Under the pieces are notes generated by a model. The model was not told where the DNA came from. It saw only the letters and a program-made list of their open reading frames with translations, and ran no database searches. The position numbers and the translations under genes are program-made. DNA of 64,000 bases from an uncultured Ruminococcus sp. (GTDB lineage: Bacteria > Bacillota > Clostridia > Oscillospirales > CAG-272), in the NCBI GenBank assembly GCA_964623635.1, contig CAZUUA010000006.1, forward strand, positions 14,386-78,385, in the 5' to 3' direction. This document shows, in pieces, positions 54,518-63,811 of the stretch. Position 1 is the first letter of the stretch. Every line of letters begins with the position of its first letter.

Positions 54518-56308
54518 ATGTTTATTACCAATGACATCCGGTATATCGGCGTGAATGACCACAAGGTCGATTTATTTGAAGGACAATATGTAGTTCCAAA
54601 CGGCATCTCCTACAACTCCTATGTGATCGTAGACGACAAGATCGCTGTCATGGACACCGTAGACACGAACTTTACACACGAATGGCTGGACAACCTGCAA
54701 AGCGTGCTGGGCGACCGGAAGCCGGACTATCTGGTGGTACAGCACATGGAGCCCGACCACTCTGCCAATATCTTCACCTTTGCCAAGACCTTCCCGGACG
54801 CCAAGATCGTTTCCTCTGCCAAGGCCTTTGCCATGATGCAGAATTTCTTCGGCACTCAGTTCGAGGATCGTCGGATCGTGGTTGGTGGTGGCGATACTCT
54901 GGCGCTGGGCAAGCACAACCTGACCTTTGTGACAGCCCCCATGGTGCACTGGCCGGAGGTGATCGTGACCTACGATTCCACCGACAAGGTGTTGTTCTCC
55001 GCAGACGGCTTTGGCAAGTTCGGTGCGCTGGATGTAGACGAGCCCTGGGCAGACGAAGCCCGGCGGTACTTCATCGGCATCGTAGGGAAGTATGGCGCAC
55101 AGGTTCAGGTGCTGCTGAAGAAGGCCGCCACTCTGGATATCGCCACCATCTGCCCGCTGCACGGTCCTGTGCTGACGGAAAACTTAGGCTACTACCTGCA
55201 CCTGTACGACACATGGTCCAGCTACCAGCCGGAGGAAGACGGCATCGTCATTGCATTCTCTTCGGTATATGGCAACACCAGAAAGGCTGTGAAGCTGCTG
55301 GAAGAACGGCTGAAGGCGAATGGATGTCCCCGTGTTGTGGTACATGATCTGGCAAGAGACGACATGGCAGAAGCCGTAGCCGATGCGTTCCGGTACAGCA
55401 AGCTGGTGCTGGCAACGACCACCTACAACGCCGAGATCTTCCCCTGTATGCGGGACTTCATCGACCACCTGACCGAACGGAACTTCCAGAACCGTACCGT
55501 GGCGCTGGTCGAAAACGGAAGCTGGGCACCGCTGGCTGCCAAGATCATGAAGGAAAAGCTCTCCGGCAGCAAGAACATCACCTTTGCCGACAACACCGTT
55601 CGCATCCTTTCCGCACTGAATGAAGACAGCACCCACCAGTTGTACGCTCTGGCCGATGAGCTGACCAAGGAATATTTGGCCAGACAGGACGAGACCGCCA
55701 ACAAAAACGACCTGTCTGCCCTGTTCAAGCTGGGTTATGGTCTGTACGTGGTCACTTCCAACGACGGCAAAAAGGACAACGGTCTGATCGTCAACACCGT
55801 GACTCAGGTGACCAACACCCCCAACCGGATCGCTGTGACCATCAACAAAGAAAACTATTCCCATCACGTGATCAAGCAGACCGGGAAGATGATCATCAAC
55901 TGCCTGGCAGAATCGGCGCCCTTCTCCGTATTCGAGACCTTCGGGTTCCAGAGCGGCCGAAACGTGGATAAGTTCGCCGACTGTGAAGAGCTGCGTGCGG
56001 ACAACGGTCTGCGGTTCCTGCCACGGCACATCAACTCCTTCCTGTCCCTGCAGGTAGAGCAGTACGTGGATCTGGACACCCACGGGATGTTCATCTGCTC
56101 CGTCACCGAGGCCAGAGTGCTGTCCGATAGTCCGACCATGACCTACACCTATTATCAGGAACACGTAAAGCCCCGGCCGGAAACGGAAGGGAAGAAGGGC
56201 TTTGTGTGCAAGATCTGCGGCTATGTCTACGAAGGCGAGACCCTGCCGGACGACTTCATCTGCCCCCTGTGCAAGCATGGTGTGGCCGACTTTGAACCCA
56301 TTGGCTGA
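54518..56308 (+). CDS. Four-domain flavodiiron protein: metallo-beta-lactamase diiron, flavodoxin, flavin-reductase-like and rubredoxin domains
   Basis: Diiron motif HMEPDH. Flavodoxin IVIAFSSVYGNTRKAV. Flavin-reductase-like GLYVVTSNDGKKDNGLIVNTVTQV. C-terminal rubredoxin CKICGYVYEG...FICPLCKHG. Confidence 0.85.
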   Translation: MFITNDIRYIGVNDHKVDLFEGQYVVPNGISYNSYVIVDDKIAVMDTVDTNFTHEWLDNLQSVLGDRKPDYLVVQHMEPDHSANIFTFAKTFPDAKIVSSAKAFAMMQNFFGTQFEDRRIVVGGGDTLALGKHNLTFVTAPMVHWPEVIVTYDSTDKVLFSADGFGKFGALDVDEPWADEARRYFIGIVGKYGAQVQVLLKKAATLDIATICPLHGPVLTENLGYYLHLYDTWSSYQPEEDGIVIAFSSVYGNTRKAVKLLEERLKANGCPRVVVHDLARDDMAEAVADAFRYSKLVLATTTYNAEIFPCMRDFIDHLTERNFQNRTVALVENGSWAPLAAKIMKEKLSGSKNITFADNTVRILSALNEDSTHQLYALADELTKEYLARQDETANKNDLSALFKLGYGLYVVTSNDGKKDNGLIVNTVTQVTNTPNRIAVTINKENYSHHVIKQTGKMIINCLAESAPFSVFETFGFQSGRNVDKFADCEELRADNGLRFLPRHINSFLSLQVEQYVDLDTHGMFICSVTEARVLSDSPTMTYTYYQEHVKPRPETEGKKGFVCKICGYVYEGETLPDDFICPLCKHGVADFEPIG

Positions 56309-56330
56309 AATAAGAAATATATATGATACA

Positions 56331-56415
56331 GCTTAAGAGAAGGAGAGTTCAAATCTCTCCTTCTAAGCAAAAAAGTGAGGGATCCTTCCACGAAAGGAAT
56401 TCCCTCACTTTTTTC
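56331..56415. terminator. Two consecutive hairpins; the second (56375-56408) is a bidirectional terminator flanked by A6 and T6
   Basis: Hairpin 1 is CTTAAGAGAAGGAGAG/CTCTCCTTCTAAG. Hairpin 2 is GTGAGGGATCC/GGAATTCCCTCAC. They lie between the convergent FDP and AIM24 genes. Confidence 0.7.
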
Positions 56416-56501
56416 TTTTGCACAAAAATGCGAAAACCTTTACAACGTCTTGTAGAGAACACCTGTCGGGCAGGTCAACGATCCGTTTACTTCTGCCTTT
56501 G

Positions 56502-57260
56502 TCACCGTACCGGTGTCATCCAGACCTTGCCCGTGCCACGGTATACGTTCACCAGGCCTTCGCCGGAGGCCGCTGAGCCAATGAGCGATTTCCCGGAGCG
56601 TTCCACGGTGAATTCCAGACTGCCGCTCCAGGCAATGGCCATGTTGCCGTCGATCTTCAATACGTCGTCCGTCAAGGTGATCTCGATCAGCTCCTCACGG
56701 GGACAGGGGCATTCCAGACACAGGATCCCACTGCCGGAGATACCCAGATTGAACAGCCCTTCGTTCCCGGCAATGGCAGAGGACAGATTGCTCCGTGCCA
56801 CCGCTCTTTGCTTCAGGGATGCATCACAGGCCAAGAACAGACCATCGTCCAACACAATGGAGCCGTTCCAGTCGGCAACATCTACCAGCAGCAGATGCTT
56901 GTAGGTGGGTTCCAGCACCAACAGTCCCGTACCGGTGTATTCCGGCTTGATGGCAGATTCACCGGTTACAGAACCACGCAGTGCCTTGCCAAGCAGGTCG
57001 CTGACTCCTTTGACACCGGTGGTGGCCTGCACATCTCCTACCATCCACTGCATGGCGCCGGATTGGGTGATCACATCGGACTGCCGCAGGTCACAGAGCA
57101 CCTGTCTGCGCCGTACACCCATCTGGCTGCAAAAATACGCATTCTGTGCTTCCACGGCTGTGACGCTCAGATCTCGCAGGTATTCGATGACTGTGTAGGC
57201 ACCCTTGCGTTCCAGCACACGAATGTCGTCATTGTTTAGATAATTGTTAATAGAATACAT
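56502..57260 (-). CDS. AIM24 (DUF124/TIGR00266) family protein
   Basis: 252 aa beta-rich protein. The C-terminal GEGLVNVYRGTGKVW block is typical of AIM24. It starts 9 nt after the upstream gene's stop. Confidence 0.65.
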   Translation of the reverse strand: MYSINNYLNNDDIRVLERKGAYTVIEYLRDLSVTAVEAQNAYFCSQMGVRRRQVLCDLRQSDVITQSGAMQWMVGDVQATTGVKGVSDLLGKALRGSVTGESAIKPEYTGTGLLVLEPTYKHLLLVDVADWNGSIVLDDGLFLACDASLKQRAVARSNLSSAIAGNEGLFNLGISGSGILCLECPCPREELIEITLTDDVLKIDGNMAIAWSGSLEFTVERSGKSLIGSAASGEGLVNVYRGTGKVWMTPVR

Positions 57261-57269
57261 AGTTCTCCT

Positions 57270-58508
57270 TTACTGCATTTCGCGAACAGCCGTATACGTA
57301 AACACGCCGTTTTCATCGGGCACAGCTTCTAAGAAGGTCAACGTACCGGCATAGCCACCTTCCGGTTTGAAGCCGGTGAAGAGCACTCGATCCTGCCAAA
57401 CGGCCGCCTTGGGAACAGAATGGCAGGGGATCTTGGGTTCTGCCGGAGTCTGCCAGTCGGTGAAGGGCTTGTCGGAGACACGGTATTGTCCCACGCCATG
57501 GAGACTGAACACCAAATAATACTTCCCCCGGCAGACAAAATAGTCCGAGCATTCCGGTTCGCCGCTGCCTTCCGGTGCCACATAAATGGGTTCCTGTTCG
57601 CTCCAGCTTTCCCCATCGGCAGAGGTCAGATGCGCCAGACAGCCCCGGCCTTCTTTGACCAGCGTGGTGGTCACGAACATATGCAGCAGCCCATCGGCAC
57701 CTTCCACGATCTTGGGGTCACGGGCAGAGGCACCGGTGTAGCGTTCGCTCAGGGTGAAGCCAAAATCCTTGTCCTTGGTGTAGTGGAACCCATCTGCCGA
57801 CACAGACCGCCGGATCGGTGCCGCAGAACCGTCAGACATACGCACGGTGTAATACAGGTATTCCTTGCCATTTCGTGGGATCCAGGAACCGGTGCAGATG
57901 GAGCCTTCTGCCGGGTCATCGATCTCCACCACCATGGGATGAATGTCCCAGTGTACCAGATCGGCCGTGGAGATGTGTTCCCATTGGTGCGCACCCTTGC
58001 CCCATTTGCTGTGGTGATGATGCCGGTCCTTCAGGTACAGTACGTGGTACCGGTCGCCGTCGTTGTAGGGCATACAGTCGCCTACGAACACGCCATTCCC
58101 CGGCTTCCATCCTTCCGCACCTGTAAAGCTGCCCAGCACATTGGGCTCTGCTTCCTTTTCCGGCACCGGCTCCAGAGACAGCGTATCGGCACAGTGGACC
58201 AGCGTCCCTTCGGCCAGCAGCGGATCCCCATAGGGCCATTCTTCATCCATAATGGTGTCGTTGCGGTACAGCTCCATGCGCCAGGGGTAGTACACGAATC
58301 GGATCGTATCACCCGGTGCCGCATCGGCGACCAGAGACAGCGGCTCCTCGTGTCCGGCAAAGAAGGCATCGATGCAAAGCTGTCCCTCGGCGTAGGTGGC
58401 TTCCAACACAGCCTTGCCGCCTTTTTCATACCGGAATTGGCATTCTTCTTCTGCTGTCACGGGAAACGTGAGACACCAGGGTTTATTTTGTAAAATGATC
58501 GGTAACAT
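57270..58508 (-). CDS. GH32-like (clan GH-J five-bladed beta-propeller) glycosidase with a divergent nucleophile motif, cytoplasmic
   Basis: 412 aa. FVGDCMPYNDGDRYHVLYL sits in place of WMNDPNG...YHLFYQ. The RDP motif (SARDPKIV) and EC motif (GEPECSDYF) are retained. There is an extra ~130-aa N-terminal segment. Confidence 0.55.
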   Translation of the reverse strand: MLPIILQNKPWCLTFPVTAEEECQFRYEKGGKAVLEATYAEGQLCIDAFFAGHEEPLSLVADAAPGDTIRFVYYPWRMELYRNDTIMDEEWPYGDPLLAEGTLVHCADTLSLEPVPEKEAEPNVLGSFTGAEGWKPGNGVFVGDCMPYNDGDRYHVLYLKDRHHHHSKWGKGAHQWEHISTADLVHWDIHPMVVEIDDPAEGSICTGSWIPRNGKEYLYYTVRMSDGSAAPIRRSVSADGFHYTKDKDFGFTLSERYTGASARDPKIVEGADGLLHMFVTTTLVKEGRGCLAHLTSADGESWSEQEPIYVAPEGSGEPECSDYFVCRGKYYLVFSLHGVGQYRVSDKPFTDWQTPAEPKIPCHSVPKAAVWQDRVLFTGFKPEGGYAGTLTFLEAVPDENGVFTYTAVREMQ

Positions 58509-58546
58509 ACTCTATACCTCGTTGAAATTGTATGGTATTGAAGCGT

Positions 58547-59845
58547 CTACAGCGCCATAACAGCAAACTTGGCAGCACCGGTGGCGGCCTCTTCCCGGTA
58601 CGCAGAAACGGTGACCGGCAGTCCGAAGACCCGTTCGATGCAGCGTACCAGCGTGGGATTCTGCCGCACCGCATTGCCGGATGCCACAAGTCGATCGATG
58701 TGGTCGTGTTCTGCGGCGGTGAACATTTCGTACAGCTCCGTTGCCATACCCAGGAGCACACCGGTAACCAGAGCCGATGGGGTAAAGTTGTCCTCTCCCA
58801 GACCGGCAATAGACGCACGCAGTGTGGGATCGTCCCGGGTGCCGCAAAAGGTGGTGCGAACCGACAGGACATTGTCCTCGTCCATTTCTATGGCTGCCAG
58901 TCCACGGGCTGCCAAATGGTTCAGCACATCGTACCGCTTTTCATCAGGCAGGCCAAGCGCCACCGCATATTCCCGGAAGAATCGTTCGGTCAGTGCATAG
59001 GCTCGTCCTCCGCAAAGCCCCGATCCGCTGAGCAGTCGATAGTCCGGCAGAAAGGGTCGTGTCTCGATGGAGCCATAACGGATGGGTGCATCCTTGGGGC
59101 AAACGAAGGAGATCTGGCTGCCGGTACCGATGTTGACCAGTGCCGTGTGGGTCATGTCGGCAACAGCACCCAGAAACGCCGCCTGGTTGTCCCCGATGGC
59201 AACCACCACGGGACATCCGTTCTCCCGTTTTATCATGGTGCAGTCTGTAGTCACCTTCGGCAGCAGCGCACCATCGATCCCCAGCTTGTCCATGGCATCC
59301 GGATCGAACCGGTCCTGTGCCAGGTCGTACAGCCCCAGCGAAGCCGCATTGGTGGCGTGGGTCAAAGGTGTAGTTCGGTCGCACAGCTGCAGGACGATGT
59401 AGTCCATGATGGTACAAAGATGGTCAGCATTCTCCGGTACCGCATTCGCCTGCATCAGGGCATAATGGGTCGCTAACCCATACCCGGCAGAAAGACGATA
59501 GCCGGTCTTGGCAAATATCGCATCGCAGTAGGGTTCGCCACGTCTGTCCTGCCAGGTGTACAGCGGTGAGAGAGCATTTCCCATTTCGTCCACATACAGG
59601 ATCCCATGCATTTGTCCCGTCACACCGATGGCGGCAGCATGGTCTGCATCCAACGCTTTTGCCAGCCGACATACCTTTGCCAAAATTTCTTTCGGAGACT
59701 GGATATGCGCTCCTTCCACATCCGGCGGCAGCTCTGCTTCTCCGGCAACGGTATGCGCTTCCAGCACAGCACCCGTAGCCAGATCCCGTTTGACACCGCT
59801 GATAGAGGTGGTGCCAATGTCCAGTCCTATGGTAAATGTATTCAT
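58547..59845 (-). CDS. FGGY-family carbohydrate kinase
   Basis: MNTFTIGLDIGTTSISGV (phosphate-1 motif), a later NIGTGSQIS block, and GAAKFA near the C-terminus. 432 aa. Confidence 0.7.
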   Translation of the reverse strand: MNTFTIGLDIGTTSISGVKRDLATGAVLEAHTVAGEAELPPDVEGAHIQSPKEILAKVCRLAKALDADHAAAIGVTGQMHGILYVDEMGNALSPLYTWQDRRGEPYCDAIFAKTGYRLSAGYGLATHYALMQANAVPENADHLCTIMDYIVLQLCDRTTPLTHATNAASLGLYDLAQDRFDPDAMDKLGIDGALLPKVTTDCTMIKRENGCPVVVAIGDNQAAFLGAVADMTHTALVNIGTGSQISFVCPKDAPIRYGSIETRPFLPDYRLLSGSGLCGGRAYALTERFFREYAVALGLPDEKRYDVLNHLAARGLAAIEMDEDNVLSVRTTFCGTRDDPTLRASIAGLGEDNFTPSALVTGVLLGMATELYEMFTAAEHDHIDRLVASGNAVRQNPTLVRCIERVFGLPVTVSAYREEAATGAAKFAVMAL

Positions 59846-59884
59846 TGGTAAGTATCCTTTATTCCATTTTGTTGGGGGTATCGA

Positions 59885-61261
59885 TCATGCACCGGCCTGC
59901 TTGATCTTTTTTAGCCACTTGCCGCTGCGCAGCCGGAAGAAGCACCAGACGCATTTGATGATCTGGTCGATCTTCAGCATCACGTAGATCCAGAAGGATG
60001 ACCAATGGAACACGATCCCAGCCAGATAGCCTAGGGGGATCGATGCTACCCACAGGAACAAAATGTCTCCGGCCATAAGGAATTTTGTATCCCCACCGGC
60101 ACGCAGTACCCCTTTGGTCAAAATGGAGTTCATGGACTGAAAAATGATGATCAGCACAATGGCGTCCATCAGCTCCCAGGCGATCTCCTTGGCCTCTGCG
60201 GAAACGTCGTAATAGTTGATGATGGGTCCTCGGAGCAGCAGTATGATCAGCGCCGCCACACAGCCAATGAGGAAGCCCATGAACAGGAACGTGTACCCCT
60301 GCCGCTGTGCCTTTTCGGTATCGCCTTCGCCCATGGTGTGACCGGTGATGATCCCGCTGGCGTTGGAGATCCCGGTGGTCAGCACAGACGAAAGCTGCTG
60401 TACCACGGTGGTCACAGAGTTGGCTGCCACAAACGCCTTGCCGATCCGACCCATGATCATGGCAACCGCATTGTTGCCCAGTGCCAAAAGGGAATCGCTG
60501 ATCAGCACCGGAATGCTGACCCGGAAATATTCCCGTACCAGATCCCCGGTGTGCATGACCACATCCTGCAGCCGATACCGGATCCGCTTGTCCACAAAGA
60601 AGAAATATCCGCCGATGAACGCAAGCTCAAAGATCCGGGCGATCAGCGTACCCAGTGCTGCACCGCCGATCTCCATCCGTGGCGCACCCAGGTGTCCGAA
60701 AATGAACACCCAGTTGCAGAACACGTTCACAAAGAAGGCGCAGATCGAGCAGACGAGTGGGATCAGCGTTTGCCCCACGGTACGCAGTACAATGGTACAG
60801 GTCAGCGATAGTCCCATGCAAAGATACGTCGGGATCATCCACCGCAGATAGATCACACCATAGTCGATCAGCGGTGCGTCCGGCGTGTAGATCCGCATGA
60901 TCAGATCGGGCACGGCTATGGTCACTATGGTGAACACACAGGCAAAGACCAGCAAAAACCGTAGCATGATGGTGACAGCCTTCTTCAGCGAATGCAGATC
61001 CTTCATGCCCCAGAACCGTGAGGTCAAAACCGATGCACCCATACCAATGCCCATACAGCAGATCTGAAACAGGCTAATGAACTGCCCGGCTAAGGAAGAG
61101 GCAGAAAGCTGTGCGTCTCCCATGCTGCTGAGCATAATGGTGTCCATCAGGTTGATCCCCACGGTGATGAGCTGCTGGAGCGATACCGGAATGGCGATCT
61201 TGGCCATCTTTTTGTATAGCTCCGCATCCCCTACATATAGCTTTAGCTTTGATATATCCAT
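59885..61261 (-). CDS. MATE-family transporter
   Basis: About 12 TM helices. The N-terminus ...YKKMAKIAIPVSLQQLITVGINLMDTIMLS is typical of MATE. The start is taken at ATG 61261; an alternative GTG at 61267 directly abuts the upstream stop. Confidence 0.8.
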   Translation of the reverse strand: MDISKLKLYVGDAELYKKMAKIAIPVSLQQLITVGINLMDTIMLSSMGDAQLSASSLAGQFISLFQICCMGIGMGASVLTSRFWGMKDLHSLKKAVTIMLRFLLVFACVFTIVTIAVPDLIMRIYTPDAPLIDYGVIYLRWMIPTYLCMGLSLTCTIVLRTVGQTLIPLVCSICAFFVNVFCNWVFIFGHLGAPRMEIGGAALGTLIARIFELAFIGGYFFFVDKRIRYRLQDVVMHTGDLVREYFRVSIPVLISDSLLALGNNAVAMIMGRIGKAFVAANSVTTVVQQLSSVLTTGISNASGIITGHTMGEGDTEKAQRQGYTFLFMGFLIGCVAALIILLLRGPIINYYDVSAEAKEIAWELMDAIVLIIIFQSMNSILTKGVLRAGGDTKFLMAGDILFLWVASIPLGYLAGIVFHWSSFWIYVMLKIDQIIKCVWCFFRLRSGKWLKKIKQAGA

Positions 61262-61267
61262 GACCAC

Positions 61268-63784
61268 TTATTTGATGGTGCTGACCCGACAGGTGTCGCA
61301 GTGAGGTGCCGTGTACGGATGGGTCTTGTTCTGCAGCATCAGAAGGGTCTTTTGTTCAGCCGGAATGGCGTGGTACAGGGACGTGACACCGGACGGCGGG
61401 CAAACGTAGTCTCCCAAACCGGCCGTGATGTAGGTCTCACAGGTCACACGTGCCCCGGCCGTTACGGTGTCGAAGTAGTCCAGACCCACAGCCGGATCGG
61501 GTCTCCAGCCACGGAGTCTGCCGCCTTCGATGCCTCGCAGGTCGCACATCCACGGGATCTGGATCTCCAGCTTGGTCACGCTCTTGTCAAAGGCTGCCAC
61601 GTGGGTAGGCTGGAAGGCACCCATACTGCCGCCGGACACGATGATGGTCTTGCCGTCCCACAGCTCCAGTGTCTTGCAGTACCGTACCGCCTGCATAGCC
61701 CGCAGGATCATATATTTGAAGTAGACCGTATCCGGCTTTTCGTTCAGCTCCTTGTGGAACCCAAATTCCGCATAGGGTGCTTCCTTTGCCATATCGGCAT
61801 ATTCTTCAAAGGTCAGACCGTTTGCAAAGCCGTGTGGATTGATGTACAGCTGGATGGCATTGTCCTTGGACGGGATCGGCGCACCCATGACGCTGTAGCC
61901 CATGTAGCTCACTCGGATGGGCAGAGAATGGGGTGCTGCATGGCGAGGCAGACGCAGATACCCGGACACCGGCATGGGCCCGGCACAAGCGATCTTCACG
62001 TCATATACAATATCCCCGGGGTCACCGCAGGCAAATTCCTTCTTTTCGATCTCCACCGGTGCCACAGGATCCAGCTCCTCCGTGATCACCTTGTGCCACC
62101 AGGCATCGTAGTCTGCCGGTTCGTCACCGATCTTGCGCAGGGTGTCAAATTCTACCGCTGCACCACCTTCAAAGGCATCGTATCCCGGCAGTGGCACACC
62201 GTTTTCGTCGGCGGCCTGCACCAACAGATGCACATAGCCCGGCTTGGACAGGGAAGTGATGTAATCAAAGGTGGCGCTTTCTCCAACGACCAGTCCGCTG
62301 TCGTGGGAACCATCTTCACCCCAGCATTCGTACTTGTAGGCAGGTGCCGTGATGGTCTTGCCTTCGTCGGTCAGGGTCAGGTGGAAATGGATCGGCTCAC
62401 CCACTTTGTACCCAAGGGCATTTTCCGTACCACCTAAGAAATACTTTTGCGACGGTAGAGTATCGGTGAAGATGTGGGCTCCGTTGCGGCTGCATCCGGT
62501 ACGATCAAACCACGCTTTCACCTCGGCGGCCAGATCCGGTGCATTCACCCAGGCAGCACCGTCTTCCTTATATTCTGCCATATAGGTGTCAAATTCGCTG
62601 GACTTGTAGCTATTGCCGCCCACGTGCTGGAACAGATCTGCGTTCGTTGTCCAGTAGGTGTTGTCGTGCAGGTGCATCTGTGCATCCGCTTCTTTCCCGA
62701 TGATGGCGTACATGGCAGCACCGGTGGCCTCGTAGAAGTGGTTCCGGGCAACCTCAAAGCTGCCGCCGTCGGTGGGATTCGGGATACGCCACATGAACAC
62801 ATGGTGTCCCATAGGCTGCGGATAGATCTCGGAGTGCCGGGGCTTGGTGTCGCCAAATCCCGTGAAGCCGTAGCCTGCCTGGATGCACAGGTTGTCGTTG
62901 AAGGAAGAACCGATGAGCATCCGGTCACGACCTTCGTAGGCGCCCATACCGTAGGCGATGAACAGGTTGCCACGCATGATGAGGTTCGTGGCCGGGAGAC
63001 AACCGCCGCTGCCCTGCTGGGTGATGGCAGAGTCATAAATGTTGTTGAAGTAGCAGTCCTCGATCAGGATATTTTCGCCGTGATCCCAGAACTCGATGGC
63101 GTTGCCGAAGCGGATACCCAGCTGCCGGTTCCACACTGCACCACCGATGAAGCAGAAGGAGCATCGCCGGATCACCACATTGTCTGCACCACCGGCAAAC
63201 CCATGTACGCCGCTGCCCCAGAAGCACAGGTCCTCCGTCACCGTCCAGTCCTGGTTGAGCGACATCCGCCCCTGTCCCCAGGTGGCGCATTCGATGTGGG
63301 AATACACTTCTCCCGGATTGCCCACGGAGTATAGGAACACCTGCTGTCCGGCTCCATCCTTACCACCGTCTCTGTGACCCATGGTGGAGTCGTACCAGTC
63401 GCCCTGGGCGCAAAGATAGGCTTCTTCCCAGCGCAGAGTACCACCGATGCGGCCGTCGTCGAATATAAAGTTGCAGGCCTCACTGTCCAGCTTTCCCTGG
63501 TATACCCAAACGTTCTGCCGGATCTCTTTCCACATGGCAGGATCGCTGACGTCCACGGAGCCAATGAACACGGGATTTACGCCGTCTCCGTAGGCACCAT
63601 AGGTGATGGGTTTCCCCGGTGCGCCCGGCTTGCGGTACAGGCAGTCCCGGATCCAGCTGCCACGCTTGAACAGTACGGTGTCACCGGGCTCGATGGCCAG
63701 ATCGGTGTAAGTCTGCCGTGCTGTCTCCGGTGTCAGACCGTCCGCATCCGGAGAACCATGGTTGAAGTCAATGTAGTAGAGCAT
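61268..63784 (-). CDS. Fusion protein: N-terminal right-handed beta-helix domain, a beta-sandwich linker, and a C-terminal CE7-like (acetyl xylan esterase/AXE1) alpha/beta hydrolase
   Basis: 838 aa, no signal peptide. The N-terminal ~450 aa have beta-helix repeats (...VIRRCSFCFIGGAVWN...ILIEDCYFNNIYDSAITQ...). The C-terminal domain has SGGSMGAF (GxSxG), GLDYFDTV...GLGDYVCPPSG and NKTHPY. These align by eye with the CE7 GGSQGG, LSYFD...GLxDxxCPP and HE blocks. Confidence 0.65.
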   Translation of the reverse strand: MLYYIDFNHGSPDADGLTPETARQTYTDLAIEPGDTVLFKRGSWIRDCLYRKPGAPGKPITYGAYGDGVNPVFIGSVDVSDPAMWKEIRQNVWVYQGKLDSEACNFIFDDGRIGGTLRWEEAYLCAQGDWYDSTMGHRDGGKDGAGQQVFLYSVGNPGEVYSHIECATWGQGRMSLNQDWTVTEDLCFWGSGVHGFAGGADNVVIRRCSFCFIGGAVWNRQLGIRFGNAIEFWDHGENILIEDCYFNNIYDSAITQQGSGGCLPATNLIMRGNLFIAYGMGAYEGRDRMLIGSSFNDNLCIQAGYGFTGFGDTKPRHSEIYPQPMGHHVFMWRIPNPTDGGSFEVARNHFYEATGAAMYAIIGKEADAQMHLHDNTYWTTNADLFQHVGGNSYKSSEFDTYMAEYKEDGAAWVNAPDLAAEVKAWFDRTGCSRNGAHIFTDTLPSQKYFLGGTENALGYKVGEPIHFHLTLTDEGKTITAPAYKYECWGEDGSHDSGLVVGESATFDYITSLSKPGYVHLLVQAADENGVPLPGYDAFEGGAAVEFDTLRKIGDEPADYDAWWHKVITEELDPVAPVEIEKKEFACGDPGDIVYDVKIACAGPMPVSGYLRLPRHAAPHSLPIRVSYMGYSVMGAPIPSKDNAIQLYINPHGFANGLTFEEYADMAKEAPYAEFGFHKELNEKPDTVYFKYMILRAMQAVRYCKTLELWDGKTIIVSGGSMGAFQPTHVAAFDKSVTKLEIQIPWMCDLRGIEGGRLRGWRPDPAVGLDYFDTVTAGARVTCETYITAGLGDYVCPPSGVTSLYHAIPAEQKTLLMLQNKTHPYTAPHCDTCRVSTIK

Positions 63785-63811
63785 ATGTTGTTACCTCACA
63801 TCGTAAAAATA

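Noticed and set aside
57270-58508. GH32-like gene as an inactive pseudo-enzyme because WMNDPNG is missing
   Set aside because: An Asp is retained in the equivalent VGDCMP segment, and the RDP and EC motifs are intact. The catalytic triad is probably complete, so this is merely a divergent subfamily.
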